Shown here one piece after another: positions 8,494-19,799 of a stretch of 64,000 bases of DNA; position 1 is the first letter of the stretch, and each line of letters starts with the position of its first letter. Where the stretch lies: contig JBDTEQ010000069.1 of the NCBI GenBank assembly GCA_039922475.1, positions 549-64,548 on the forward strand. Direction: 5' to 3'. The notes beneath the pieces are model-generated. The model had not been told where the DNA came from. It searched no databases and saw only the letters and a list, made by a program, of their open reading frames with translations. The stretch comes from Edaphobacter sp. Its GTDB lineage: Bacteria; Acidobacteriota; Terriglobia; Terriglobales; Acidobacteriaceae. A program made the translations under genes and the position numbers.

Positions 8494-9672
8494 ATGTCCT
8501 CTAATCAGATCGTCTTCTTCGACACCACCCTTCGCGATGGCGAACAGTCTCCCGGCTGTACCATGCACCACGAGGAAAAGCTCCGCATGGCGCATCAGAT
8601 TGCGGCGCTTGGCGTTGACGTCCTCGAAGCCGGCTTTGCCATCGCCTCCGACGGAGACTTCAACGCCGTCAGATCCATTGCCCGCGAGGTCAAGGGAACA
8701 CGCATCGCCTCCCTCGCCCGCTGCAAGCGCGAGGACATCGAAGCTGCCGCCCGTGCCGTCGAACCTGCCGCCAGCAACCGTATCCACGTCTTCCTCGCCA
8801 CCTCCGACCTGCACCTCGAAGCCAAGCTCAAGATCACCCGCGAGCAGGCCGTCGAACAGGCAGCGGAGGCCGTCCGTCTCGCCCGCACCTTCGTCGACGA
8901 TGTCGAGTTCTCCACCGAGGATGGCACCCGCACCGACCCCGAGTTCCTCATCAAGATGGTTACCGTAGCCGTTCAGGCCGGGGCCAACACCATCAACATC
9001 CCCGACACCGTCGGCTATTCGACGCCTGCGGAGTACGAGGCAATCTTCCGCACGGTCAAGGCTCGCGTCCCAGGCATCGAAAACGTAATCCTTTCCACTC
9101 ACTGCCACGACGATCTCGGTATGGCCGTCGCCAACTCGCTCGCCGGTATTCAAGGCGGTGCGCGTCAGGTTGAGTGTGCCATCAATGGCATCGGCGAACG
9201 TGCCGGAAACGCCGCGCTCGAAGAGATCGCCGCTGCACTCATGGTCCGCCGCGATCAGTTCCCTTACACCAACAACATCAAGATGAACCAGCTCTATCCC
9301 ACCAGCCAATTGCTGGCGGAGTTCATCAGCTTCGGCTGCTCGCCCAACAAGGCCGTCGTCGGAGCCAATGCCTTCGCACACGAATCCGGAATCCATCAAC
9401 ACGGCATGATGGCAAACCCACTGACCTACGAGATCATGACGCCCGCCTCGGTAGGCGTCATCGGAACCAATCTCGTGCTTGGCAAACACAGCGGCCGCCG
9501 CGCTCTTGCAGACCGGCTCGAAAAACTCGGCCACACCTTAACCCGCGATCAACTCGATGACGTCTACCATCGCTTCACCGAACTCGCCGACCGCAAGAAA
9601 AACATCTACGACCAGGATCTGCTCAGCCTTCTGCATCCGGGCAAAGCAGTCCCGGTTGCAACCGTCTCGTAA
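8494..9672 (+). CDS. leuA: 2-isopropylmalate/citramalate/homocitrate synthase family enzyme, short form without the LeuA regulatory domain
   Basis: 392 aa. DRE-TIM motifs FFDTTLRDGEQSPG and HCHDDLGMAVANSL, HESGIHQ. First gene of the leu cluster. About 130 aa shorter than E. coli LeuA (523 aa). Confidence 0.8.
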   Translation: MSSNQIVFFDTTLRDGEQSPGCTMHHEEKLRMAHQIAALGVDVLEAGFAIASDGDFNAVRSIAREVKGTRIASLARCKREDIEAAARAVEPAASNRIHVFLATSDLHLEAKLKITREQAVEQAAEAVRLARTFVDDVEFSTEDGTRTDPEFLIKMVTVAVQAGANTINIPDTVGYSTPAEYEAIFRTVKARVPGIENVILSTHCHDDLGMAVANSLAGIQGGARQVECAINGIGERAGNAALEEIAAALMVRRDQFPYTNNIKMNQLYPTSQLLAEFISFGCSPNKAVVGANAFAHESGIHQHGMMANPLTYEIMTPASVGVIGTNLVLGKHSGRRALADRLEKLGHTLTRDQLDDVYHRFTELADRKKNIYDQDLLSLLHPGKAVPVATVS

Positions 9673-9705
9673 ACATCAGGCAATTCGCTGCAACATTCGC
9701 AAATT

Positions 9706-9746
9706 TCGTCTCTTATCGACAGTTATCGCTCTTATCACCGTTACGC
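9706..9746 (+). repeat. family-E repeat (nonamer GATNNNNNN-type units ending in ATCACCGTTACGC)
   Basis: tcgtctcttatcgacagttatcgctcttatcaccgttacgc in the leuA-leuB spacer. Related copies lie at 36916..36960 and 37031..37082. Confidence 0.7.
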
Positions 9747-9766
9747 TTTTTTCTTAGAGGTAGGTA

Positions 9767-10891
9767 ATGCGTCTCAAAATTGCAGTTCTCGCCGGCGACG
9801 GCATCGGCCCCGAAGTCACCCGCGAAGCCACCAACATCCTCCGCGCAGTAGCCGAACTTGGCGGCCACGACTTCACCTTCGTCCCCGGCCTCATCGGCGG
9901 TATCGCCATCACTGAAACAGGTTCCCCGCTCCCCACCGCCACGCTCGACGCCGCACTTGAATGCGATGCAGTCCTCCTCGGCGCAGTCGGCGATAACAAA
10001 TTCAACGCGCTCCCGCCGGATAAGCGCCCCGAAGCCGGTCTCCTTCAAATCCGTCAGGCTCTCGGAGGCTTCGCCAATCTGCGTCCTTCGATCGCCTACA
10101 CCGCGCTCGCCGAAAGCTCCCCACTGCGCCCCGAGGTCACCAAAGACGTTGACATCCTCTTCGTCCGCGAACTTCTCGGCGGCCTCTACTTCGGCGCGCC
10201 GCGCTGGTGGAACAAGGAACCCGCATCTGGGGAACAGGAAGAAGCCATCAATACGATGCGCTACACCAAGGCTGAAGTCGTCCGCGTCGCCCGCATCGCA
10301 TTCGAACTTGCAGCCAAACGCCGCAACAAAGTCACCTCTGTCGATAAGGCCAACGTTCTCGAAGTCTCGCAGCTCTGGCGCGCCACCGTCACCGAAGTCG
10401 CGAAGGAGTATCCCAGCGTCACGCTCGAACATCAGCTCGTAGACTCCATGGCGATGCACATCATGAACATCCCGCGCAACTTCGATGTTGTCCTCACCGA
10501 AAACCTCTTCGGCGACATCCTCTCCGACGAGGCAGGCGTCATCACCGGCTCGCTCGGCATGTTGCCCTCGGCCACTATTGGCGGCGCAGTCAATCTCTAC
10601 GAGCCCGTTCACGGCAGCGCTCCGGACATCGCAGGCACAGGCAAAGCCAATCCACTCGGCGCAATCCTCACCGCTGCAATGATCCTGCGGCACTCGGCAA
10701 ATCTCGAACAGGATGCAAAAGCAATCGAACAAGCCGTCAACAAAGTTCTCAATGCCGGCTACCGCACCGCCGACATTGCACGAGGACAGCAACCCGGCCA
10801 GACCCCGGTCAGCACGCAGGAGATGGGCAAGCTCGTCCATCAGGCCCTGGCCGAATCCATCGACCGCCGCCAGGCCATGCACGCCGTATGA
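9767..10891 (+). CDS. leuB: 3-isopropylmalate dehydrogenase
   Basis: 374 aa. Motifs LAGDGIGPEV and ENLFGDILSDEA. Confidence 0.95.
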   Translation: MRLKIAVLAGDGIGPEVTREATNILRAVAELGGHDFTFVPGLIGGIAITETGSPLPTATLDAALECDAVLLGAVGDNKFNALPPDKRPEAGLLQIRQALGGFANLRPSIAYTALAESSPLRPEVTKDVDILFVRELLGGLYFGAPRWWNKEPASGEQEEAINTMRYTKAEVVRVARIAFELAAKRRNKVTSVDKANVLEVSQLWRATVTEVAKEYPSVTLEHQLVDSMAMHIMNIPRNFDVVLTENLFGDILSDEAGVITGSLGMLPSATIGGAVNLYEPVHGSAPDIAGTGKANPLGAILTAAMILRHSANLEQDAKAIEQAVNKVLNAGYRTADIARGQQPGQTPVSTQEMGKLVHQALAESIDRRQAMHAV

Positions 10892-11070
10892 CCCGCTGGT
10901 TCCGAATCAAAGCCGTGCTGATTAACTGCGGCATCGCTGCTGCCCTCATCTATCGATACTGGACCGGCACGCCGCTGCTCATCATCGCGATCGTCGCCAT
11001 CTTCGTCTTTGGATTCGCCAACGTACTGATGGTCCTCGCCGCCAGGCAACAGACCAAACGAACCAGATAA
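10888..11070 (+). CDS. small two-helix membrane protein embedded in the leu operon
   Basis: 60 aa. Its ATG overlaps the leuB stop (ATGA). Two hydrophobic stretches (AVLINCGIAAALIY, LLIIAIVAIFVFGFANVLMVLAA). Confidence 0.5.
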   Translation: MTRWFRIKAVLINCGIAAALIYRYWTGTPLLIIAIVAIFVFGFANVLMVLAARQQTKRTR

Positions 11071-11074
11071 CCAA

Positions 11075-11772
11075 GTGACTCGACCTCTCCAACTCGCCGC
11101 TGCTTTTCTCATCCTCACCTTTGCGGGAGCGGCGGCGCGTGCGCAGATCTTCAAGCACAAGGAAGACAAGCAGCCTAAAGAAAACGTCGAGTGGCTCTGG
11201 CAGTACGGCCCTCCTCCTGCTGAAGGCCGCGAAAATCAGCTCGTTCTCGACCCGCGCTTCCGCCCCTTCCTCGCGCAGTTTCTCACCACGCCGCAGACCT
11301 TCTGGGGCAACCCGAAGACCGGCTACAAATCGCTTGGAGAGACCGCGCTCGACTTCCTCTCCGTCCCCGACAAGGTCCTCACCGACGACAACCGCTACCT
11401 CACCATCACCGGCTGCGTCTTCCGCTTCTGTCCCTCGCGCGGCCTGCTCTGGGTGGATCTCAACGGCCCTCATCACCTGGTCGTCTTCGCCGCCATCGAC
11501 TGGATCAAAGAGAGCAAAACCCCAAGCGACCCCGGTGCCGAATACACTCTCTGGATCTTTCCCAACCATCCCATCGATCCCGCGCACATTCCGGCTGCAT
11601 TCGTTCACAGCATGGCCCGCTGGACCGCACAGCCACCCGGCGGCAGCACTTTCATTCAACAGATTCGTAACGCAATCCTCGTCGACCCCGACGGCACGCC
11701 ACACCCCGTCGAACCGAAAACAACCGGGGCCAACACCTTCACCCTCCCACCAACCGAGCAAAAGGCACACCC

Positions 11773-11776
<4 letters not shown>
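11075..11776 (+). CDS. secreted hypothetical protein embedded in the leu operon
   Basis: 233 aa with a GTG start. Signal peptide [20 protein letters not shown]. Its stop overlaps the leuC ATG (ATGA). No family recognised. Confidence 0.6.
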
Positions 11777-13281
<1,505 letters not shown>

Positions 13282-13292
13282 CCCTTAAACCC

Positions 13293-13342
13293 TGTCATCC
13301 TTCGCGCAGCGGAGGATCTGCTTCTCGCACTTGCACTTCGTC
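13293..13342 (+). repeat. family-A repeat (short form), leuC-leuD spacer
   Basis: tgtcatccttcgcgcagcggaggatctgcttctcgcacttgcacttcgtc. Hairpin ATCCTTCGC-gca-GCGGAGGAT. 39/40 identical to the copy inside ilvB. Confidence 0.9.
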
Positions 13343-13389
13343 TTTACCAACAACTAACAACAAGCAACTGTTCCGAAGGAACAAACTAT

Positions 13390-14025
13390 ATGCACCCGAT
13401 CAACATCATCGCCAGCCACGCAGTCCCGCTCGACCGCCCCAACGTCGACACCGACCAGATCATCCCCAAGCAGTTCCTCAAGCGCATCGAGCGCACCGGC
13501 TACGGCGACTTCCTCTTCTACGACTGGCGCCGCATCCAGGAAGGCCCCAAAGCCGGCCAGCCCGACGAAACCTTCGTCCTCAACAAGCACCATCACAAGG
13601 GCGCAAAGATCCTCATCGCTGGAAAGAACTTCGGCTGTGGCAGTTCCCGCGAGCACGCCGCCTGGGCACTCACCGACTTCGGCTTCCTCGCCGTCATCGC
13701 CCCCAGCTTCGCCGACATCTTCTTCTCCAACGCCGGGAAAAACGGCATGATCCTCGTCCGATTACCCGAACCCGACGTTCAAACGCTGATGCAGCGCTCA
13801 GAGAAAAACCCAGCACACAAGATCACTATCAACCTCGAAGCCCAGACCATCACCGACGACGAAGGCTTCACCGGAAAATTCGAAATCGACCCGTTCCGCA
13901 AATACTGCCTCCTGAACGGCCTCGACGACATCGGCCTGACTCTCCGCCATGAAGCCGAGCTAGACAAATACGAATCGAAACATGACGCCGAATTCTGGTT
14001 AAAGCCCCGCGCCATTGCTTCTTAG
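13390..14025 (+). CDS. leuD: 3-isopropylmalate dehydratase small subunit
   Basis: 211 aa. Motifs VDTDQIIPKQFL and NFGCGSSREHA. Confidence 0.95.
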   Translation: MHPINIIASHAVPLDRPNVDTDQIIPKQFLKRIERTGYGDFLFYDWRRIQEGPKAGQPDETFVLNKHHHKGAKILIAGKNFGCGSSREHAAWALTDFGFLAVIAPSFADIFFSNAGKNGMILVRLPEPDVQTLMQRSEKNPAHKITINLEAQTITDDEGFTGKFEIDPFRKYCLLNGLDDIGLTLRHEAELDKYESKHDAEFWLKPRAIAS

Positions 14026-14040
14026 CAATCGCTTTCTAGT

Positions 14041-14111
14041 TGTCATCCTTCGCGTAGCGGAGGATCTGCTTCTCGCTTTTGCAATTTGTTGTTTCTCGTT
14101 TTGCGTTTTGC
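14041..14111 (+). repeat. family-A repeat (short form) with a long T/G-rich tail, leuD-ilvD spacer
   Basis: tgtcatccttcgcgtagcggaggatctgcttctcgcttttgcaatttgttgtttctcgttttgcgttttgc. Confidence 0.9.
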
Positions 14112-14185
14112 TTAAGCACGCGGCTTCAACCGTGTGAATCAGCTACCAATACAACGGGGCTTTAGCCCCTGAGGGAATCTCACAA

Positions 14186-15883
14186 GTGAGTAACGAAATC
14201 AATCCGAAGAAATACTCGATCCCCCTGACCGAAGGCCCCAACCGCGCCGCCGCCCGCTCCTATCTGCGCGGCGTAGGCTTCACCAAAGAGGACCTGCACA
14301 AGCCCATCATCGGCGTAGCCAACACCTGGACCGAGATCGGCCCCTGCAACTTCCATCTTCGCGACGTCGCCGCCGCCGTCAAACAAGGCATCCGCGACGC
14401 CGGCGGCACGCCGATGGAGTTCAACACCATCACCATCTCCGACGGCATCACCATGGGAACCGAAGGCATGAAGGCCTCGCTCATCTCCCGCGAAGTCATC
14501 GCCGACTCCATCGAACTCGTCGCCCGCGGCAACCTCTTCGACGGCATCGTCTGCATCGCCGGCTGCGACAAGAACATGCCCGGCACCATCATGGCGATGG
14601 CGCGCCTCGACATCCCCGGCATTATGCTCTACGGCGGCAGCATCGCCCCCGGCCATCTCAAACAGCCCGACGGCAGCAGCAAAGACATCACCATCCTCAA
14701 CGTCTTCGAAGGCATGGGCGCGCACTCGGCTGGCAAGATCAGCGACGCCGAGCTCGAAGCCCTCGAAGCCGCAGCCTGTCCCGGCCCCGGAGCCTGCGGC
14801 GGCCAGTTCACCGCCAACACCATGGCCATGGCCGGCGAGTTCCTCGGCATCTCGCCCTTCAACCTCACCGGCGTCCCCGCCATGGACCCGCACAAAGCCT
14901 CCGCCTCGCGCGAAGCTGGCCGCATGATCATGGACCTCTGCCGCCGCGACGTTCGCCCCAGCAAGATCGTCACGCGCCAGGCGATCGACAACGCCATCGC
15001 CGCCGTCTGTGCATCGGGCGGCAGCACCAACGCTGTCCTGCATCTCATCGCCATCGCCAGCGAGTTCGGCATTCCACTTTCGATGGACGACTTCGACCGC
15101 ATCTCCGAGCGCACGCCCTTCATCTGCGACCTCTCACCCGGCGGCAAGTACGTCGCGAAAGATTATCAAGATGCAGGCGGCAGCCGTGTCCTCGCCAAAC
15201 GCCTCCTCGACGCTGGCCTGCTCAAAGGCGACAGCATCACCGTCTCCGGCAAGACCCTCGCCGAAGAGGCAGCCATCGCAAAAGAAACACCCAACCAGCC
15301 AGTAATCCGCACACTCGAGAACCCGCTCAAGCCCACCGGCGGCCTCGTCATCATGCATGGCAACCTCGCCCCCGACGGCGCAGTCATCAAAGTCGCCGGC
15401 CACGAGCGCATCTTTCATCAGGGGATCGCTCGGGTGTTTGAATCCGAGGAAGACTGCCACGCCGCCGTCGAAGCTGGAAAGATCAACCCCAACGACGTCC
15501 TCGTCATTCGCTACGAAGGCCCACGCGGCGGCCCAGGCATGCGCGAGATGCTCGCCGTCACCGCCGCCATCAAAGGAATACCCGCGCTCTCGGAAACGGT
15601 AGCCCTCCTCACCGACGGGCGTTTCTCCGGTGCAACGCGTGGGTTAATGGCCGGCCACGTCGCCCCCGAAGCTCAACTCGGCGGCCCCATCGCCGCTGTC
15701 CACGAAGGCGACACCATCACCTTCGACATCCCCAACCGCAAACTAACCCTCAACGTCCCCGAAGCCGAAATCGCCAAACGCCTGGCAGCATGGAAGGCTC
15801 CTGAACCCCGCTTCAAACGCGGCGTCTTCGCGAAGTACGCCAACTCTGTCAGCAGCGCTAGCGAAGGAGCAGTTACCACATAG
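14186..15883 (+). CDS. ilvD: dihydroxy-acid dehydratase
   Basis: 565 aa with a GTG start. Motifs CDKNMPG, SDGITMGTEGM and TDGRFSGAT. Confidence 0.95.
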   Translation: MSNEINPKKYSIPLTEGPNRAAARSYLRGVGFTKEDLHKPIIGVANTWTEIGPCNFHLRDVAAAVKQGIRDAGGTPMEFNTITISDGITMGTEGMKASLISREVIADSIELVARGNLFDGIVCIAGCDKNMPGTIMAMARLDIPGIMLYGGSIAPGHLKQPDGSSKDITILNVFEGMGAHSAGKISDAELEALEAAACPGPGACGGQFTANTMAMAGEFLGISPFNLTGVPAMDPHKASASREAGRMIMDLCRRDVRPSKIVTRQAIDNAIAAVCASGGSTNAVLHLIAIASEFGIPLSMDDFDRISERTPFICDLSPGGKYVAKDYQDAGGSRVLAKRLLDAGLLKGDSITVSGKTLAEEAAIAKETPNQPVIRTLENPLKPTGGLVIMHGNLAPDGAVIKVAGHERIFHQGIARVFESEEDCHAAVEAGKINPNDVLVIRYEGPRGGPGMREMLAVTAAIKGIPALSETVALLTDGRFSGATRGLMAGHVAPEAQLGGPIAAVHEGDTITFDIPNRKLTLNVPEAEIAKRLAAWKAPEPRFKRGVFAKYANSVSSASEGAVTT

Positions 15884-15885
15884 CA

Positions 15886-16107
15886 ATGGCTATTACTTCT
15901 CAATCCGTATTAGAAGGTTGGATTCCCGCGATCGTTGGTTTCCTGCTCGCAATCTATGGATTTTTCGGCTCGCGACTAGGAACACGCGCATTCGGAAACC
16001 CCAGCCGTCAACAATTAGAACGTATTCCAACGACCCGAGATCGCGCGATTCACATCAGCTTTGCATTGCTTATATGTCTATATGGGATTTTTAATTTAAC
16101 GAAGTAA
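15886..16107 (+). CDS. small two-helix membrane protein between ilvD and ilvB (AT-richer than its neighbours)
   Basis: 73 aa. The ATG lies 2 nt after the ilvD stop. Hydrophobic segments WIPAIVGFLLAIYGFFG and ISFALLICLYGIF. Visibly lower GC than the flanking genes. Confidence 0.45.
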   Translation: MAITSQSVLEGWIPAIVGFLLAIYGFFGSRLGTRAFGNPSRQQLERIPTTRDRAIHISFALLICLYGIFNLTK

Positions 16108-16151
16108 TTTCAATCTCGGACTTCGAGTTTCAGAATCTTGAATGAGGTTTT

Positions 16152-17951
16152 ATGCCGAAAACGCATTTGAGCGCAAACAAAGATCAACACCCCCAACTCA
16201 CCGGCTCCGAAATCCTCTGGGCCACTCTCGTCGGCGAGGGCGTAGACAAAGTCTTCGGCTACCCCGGCGGAGCCATACTCCCCGCCTACGACGCGCTGCG
16301 CAAGTTCCCCATCCACCACATCCTCGTCCGGCACGAGCAGGGTGCCGCGCACATGGCCGACGGCTACGCCCGCGCCTCCGGCAAGGTCGGTGTCTGCATC
16401 GCGACCAGCGGCCCCGGCGCCACCAACCTCGTCACCGGCATCGCTACCGCCATGCTCGACTCCATCCCTATCGTCTGCATCACCGGCCAGGTTGGCAGCA
16501 AAGTCCTCGGGAGCGACGCATTTCAAGAGATCGACATCACCGGCATCACCCTGCCCATCACCAAGCACAACTACCTCGTCACCCGCGCCGAAGATATCGC
16601 CCCCGCCATTCGCGAGGCGTTCCAGATCGCGAAGTCCGGGCGTCCAGGTCCGGTACTCGTCGACATAACAAAAGACGCGCAACAAGCTACTGCGTCATTC
16701 AACTTCGAGACCGCCGCACCCAAGCCCTACCGCCCGCACCCCATGCTGCGCGCCGAATCCTCTTCGATCCAACAGGCCATCGAGCTAATCAAAGCCGCGA
16801 AGAAACCCGTCATCCTCGCCGGCCACGGCATCACACACTCTGGAGCTGAAGCCCAGGTCCTCGCCTTCGCCGAACGCCAGCAGATTCCCGTCGCCAGCAC
16901 GTTGCTCGGTCTCGGCGGAGTCCCCACAAATCATCCGCTCTCACTCGGCATGATGGGCATGCACGGCGAGTCGTGGGTGAACAATGCAATCCAACAGGCC
17001 GACCTTCTCCTCGCCTTCGGGATGCGCTTCGACGACCGCGTCACCGGCAACCTGGCGCTCTACGCTCCCAACGCGAAGAAGATCCACATCGAGATCGACC
17101 CTTCCGAGATCAACAAGAACGTCCGCGCCGACGTAGCCCTCATCGGCGATCTCAAAGAAGTCCTCGAACTCCTCCTCCCACTGCTCGAAACTTGTCATCC
17201 TTCGCGCAGCGGAGGACCTGCTTCTCGCACTTCTCCCTGGCTCCGCGAGATCAACGTTATGAAGGGCGACGCCGCCGTCCGCGACATCATCAACCTGCCA
17301 GACAACGGCCACCTCTACGCCGCCCACGTCATCAACGACATCTGGCGCGAAGCCCACGCCGCCGGCCGCGCCGACCAGACCATCATCGTCACCGACGTAG
17401 GCCAGCACCAGATGTGGGAGGCCCAGTACTACAAGCACGACACCCCGCGCTCGCTCATCACCTCAGGCGGCCTCGGCACCATGGGCTTCGCTCTACCTGC
17501 AGCCATCGGCGCAAAGGTCGCCTGCCCGGAGAAAGATGTCTGGGTCATCGCCGGCGACGGCGGCTTTCAGATGACCGCCGCCGAACTCTCCACCATCGTG
17601 CAGGAAAACCTCGCCATCAACATCGCCGTCATCAACAACGGCTTCCTCGGCATGGTCCGCCAGTGGCAGGAGGCCTTCTACGACAAGAACTACGCCGCCT
17701 CCCCCATCCTCTCGCCCGACTTCGTCAAGCTAGCCGCAGCCCACGGCATCGACGGCGCAACCGTCAACAAGCGCCAGAGTGTAACCCCCACAGTCACAAA
17801 AGCGCGCACCAGCGGCAAACCTTTCCTCATCAACTTCCAGGTAGAAAAAGAAGACGGCGTCTACCCCATGATCGCCCCCGGCTCCGCCCTCCACGAGATG
17901 GTCCGCAGGCCACAAAAAGACCCGCTCCTCGAAACCGCGGAGGATGAGTAA
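16152..17951 (+). CDS. ilvB: acetolactate synthase large subunit, carrying an in-frame repeat insertion
   Basis: 599 aa. ThDP-enzyme motifs GYPGGAILP, GLGTMGFALPAAIGA and GDGGFQM. Extra segment [17 protein letters not shown]. Confidence 0.95.
   Translation: MPKTHLSANKDQHPQLTGSEILWATLVGEGVDKVFGYPGGAILPAYDALRKFPIHHILVRHEQGAAHMADGYARASGKVGVCIATSGPGATNLVTGIATAMLDSIPIVCITGQVGSKVLGSDAFQEIDITGITLPITKHNYLVTRAEDIAPAIREAFQIAKSGRPGPVLVDITKDAQQATASFNFETAAPKPYRPHPMLRAESSSIQQAIELIKAAKKPVILAGHGITHSGAEAQVLAFAERQQIPVASTLLGLGGVPTNHPLSLGMMGMHGESWVNNAIQQADLLLAFGMRFDDRVTGNLALYAPNAKKIHIEIDPSEINKNVRADVALIGDLKEVLELLLPLLETCHPSRSGGPASRTSPWLREINVMKGDAAVRDIINLPDNGHLYAAHVINDIWREAHAAGRADQTIIVTDVGQHQMWEAQYYKHDTPRSLITSGGLGTMGFALPAAIGAKVACPEKDVWVIAGDGGFQMTAAELSTIVQENLAINIAVINNGFLGMVRQWQEAFYDKNYAASPILSPDFVKLAAAHGIDGATVNKRQSVTPTVTKARTSGKPFLINFQVEKEDGVYPMIAPGSALHEMVRRPQKDPLLETAEDE
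17193..17233 (+). repeat. family-A repeat (short form), in frame inside ilvB
   Basis: tgtcatccttcgcgcagcggaggacctgcttctcgcacttc. It starts exactly on a codon boundary and is 39/40 identical to the intergenic copy at 13293. Confidence 0.9.
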
Positions 17952-18553
17952 TGGCACGCCCGATAGGCATCGATTGCCCAATCTTCGATAGCGCTGCCAG
18001 AAAAGTGCCAACGGCGCTACCTATACCAGCATGGGGTTTCACACCATGGTGTAAAGGCAAGCCATCAGCGCTTTCACTATCGATGAAGGCTGCTCTCGCT
18101 TTCTGCCTGCTCCTCCCATCAATCGCCATCGCCCAACCACCCCACCACCTCCGCATCCGAATCATCAACGCCCAAACCAACAAACCCATCCACGACGAGA
18201 GGCTAAACGTAGCCCTCAAAACCGATCAGATCGGCTCCGTCGCCATGGCCACCGACAAACACGGCATCATCCTCGTCGACACCGGCAACGCCACCACCAT
18301 CCGCATCCTCGCCAACATGTACGCCGACTGCCGCCCACGCGCCGAGCTCTACACCGACTACTCCATCGACACCATCCATCACTCCGGCATCACGACTGGC
18401 AACCTCTGCGGCGGCGAACAACACAGAGCCCACCCCGGCGAACTCCTACTCTACGAGATCCCCAAGACCTACATCCCAACCTATCCGCATCCACCCGTCA
18501 GCTCGATGCCGCACTCCGACGAGAACCCACACAAGCCGAACAAACCTCAGTAG
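17951..18553 (+). CDS. secreted or membrane-anchored hypothetical protein between ilvB and ilvN
   Basis: The ATG overlaps the ilvB stop (TAATG). An alternative start at 18083 gives the signal peptide MKAALAFCLLLPSIAIAQ. Possible beta-sandwich (LRIRIINAQTNKPI...). Family not recognised. Confidence 0.55.
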   Translation: MARPIGIDCPIFDSAARKVPTALPIPAWGFTPWCKGKPSALSLSMKAALAFCLLLPSIAIAQPPHHLRIRIINAQTNKPIHDERLNVALKTDQIGSVAMATDKHGIILVDTGNATTIRILANMYADCRPRAELYTDYSIDTIHHSGITTGNLCGGEQHRAHPGELLLYEIPKTYIPTYPHPPVSSMPHSDENPHKPNKPQ

Positions 18554-18555
18554 AG

Positions 18556-19179
18556 ATGGGCCGCATCCCGATTGAACTACCTGAGAACCAACTCTTGCCC
18601 CAAACACTCCAACTCGAAACCCCACGCCTCCTCCTTCGCCGCTGGCAGGAGGCCGACCGCGAACCCTTCGCCGAAATGAACGCCGACCCTGTCGTCATGC
18701 ACTTCTTCGCAGCGCCCATGACTCGTGAACAAAGCGACGAAGCCATCGACCGCTATCTCGCGGCCTTTGATCGCGAAGGCTTCAGCCTCTTCGCCGCAAC
18801 GGAGCGCGGCACCGGCGACTTGATCGGAACCATCGGACTGCAAACCATGCGCGACGCCGTCCCCAATCTCCCTCAACCCGCAGTCGAGATCGGCTGGCGT
18901 CTTGCGCAATCCGCCCAGGGCAACGGATTCGCGACCGAAGGCGCACACGCAGTCGTCAACTTCGCCTTCAACCAACTCGCACTCACCGAGGTCGTCGCAA
19001 TCACCGCACTTCCCAATCAAGCCTCGCGCCATGTGATGGAAAAACTAGGCATGACCCATCGCCCCGAACTCGACTTCAACCATCCCCGTGTCCCCGCAGG
19101 CCACCAGTATCAACGCCACACCCTCTACAGTCTGCGAAATCCAAACGTCAACGAGGTCCCATGCTCCACACCTTCGTAG
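18556..19179 (+). CDS. GNAT-family N-acetyltransferase (RimJ/RimL-like)
   Basis: 207 aa. LETPRLLLRRWQEADREPFAEMNADPVVM is a typical N-terminus. Also GNGFATEGAHAVVNFAF. Confidence 0.8.
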   Translation: MGRIPIELPENQLLPQTLQLETPRLLLRRWQEADREPFAEMNADPVVMHFFAAPMTREQSDEAIDRYLAAFDREGFSLFAATERGTGDLIGTIGLQTMRDAVPNLPQPAVEIGWRLAQSAQGNGFATEGAHAVVNFAFNQLALTEVVAITALPNQASRHVMEKLGMTHRPELDFNHPRVPAGHQYQRHTLYSLRNPNVNEVPCSTPS

Positions 19180-19799
19180 CCCACGTCCAGGACAAGCCCG
19201 GCGTCCTCACGCGAGTCGCCTCGCTCTTCCGCCGCCTCAACATCAACATCGTCTCCCTCACCGTAGGCGAGTCCGAGCGCGAAGACATCTCCCGCATGAC
19301 CATCGTCTGCGAGGCGCCCGACCACGCAGCCCACCGCATTCGTGCCTCGCTCTACAAACTCGAGATCACCGTCGATGTCGACGAGGTTGGCCGCAGCGAA
19401 GCCGTCATCCGCGAACTCTGCCTCGTCAAAGTTGCAGCCGGCCCATCACACCCACTCGGCCAGCACTCGCGTTCGCAGATCTTCGAGCTCGCCAACGTCT
19501 TCCGCGCCCGCATCGTCGACCTCGCTCCCGAATCCATCATGCTCGAGATGACCGGCAGCTCCTCCAAGATCGAAGGCCTCATCCAGGTCATCACCGAGAG
19601 CGGCTACACCATCCTCGAAGTCTCCCGTACCGGTCGCATGGCAATGCGCAGAGGACACCACACCGGTCGCGTCATGAAAGCTCTCGGCACACCCGACCCC
19701 ACCGACCCAGACGACTCCACCTTCACCAAAGACCTCGGCACAGAAGAAACTCTACCCACCGAATTCCGCCACGTTCACGGTGACGAAGAAGAAGACTAG
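19161..19799 (+). CDS. ilvN: acetolactate synthase small (regulatory) subunit with a C-terminal acidic extension
   Basis: 212 aa. ACT domain HTFVAHVQDKPGVLTRVASLFRRLNINIVSLTVG. Overlaps the GNAT gene by 19 nt. About 45 extra C-terminal residues relative to E. coli IlvH (163 aa). Confidence 0.9.
   Translation: MLHTFVAHVQDKPGVLTRVASLFRRLNINIVSLTVGESEREDISRMTIVCEAPDHAAHRIRASLYKLEITVDVDEVGRSEAVIRELCLVKVAAGPSHPLGQHSRSQIFELANVFRARIVDLAPESIMLEMTGSSSKIEGLIQVITESGYTILEVSRTGRMAMRRGHHTGRVMKALGTPDPTDPDDSTFTKDLGTEETLPTEFRHVHGDEEED

Noticed and set aside
8427-8504. 25-aa upstream ORF (MINLQLIISMHYNQVQIERVSHYVL) overlapping the leuA start, considered as a Leu/Ile/Val leader peptide
   Set aside because: It has no consecutive regulatory codon run and no terminator/antiterminator structure downstream. 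It would start upstream of the best -10 hexamer. Probably fortuitous in AT-rich promoter DNA.
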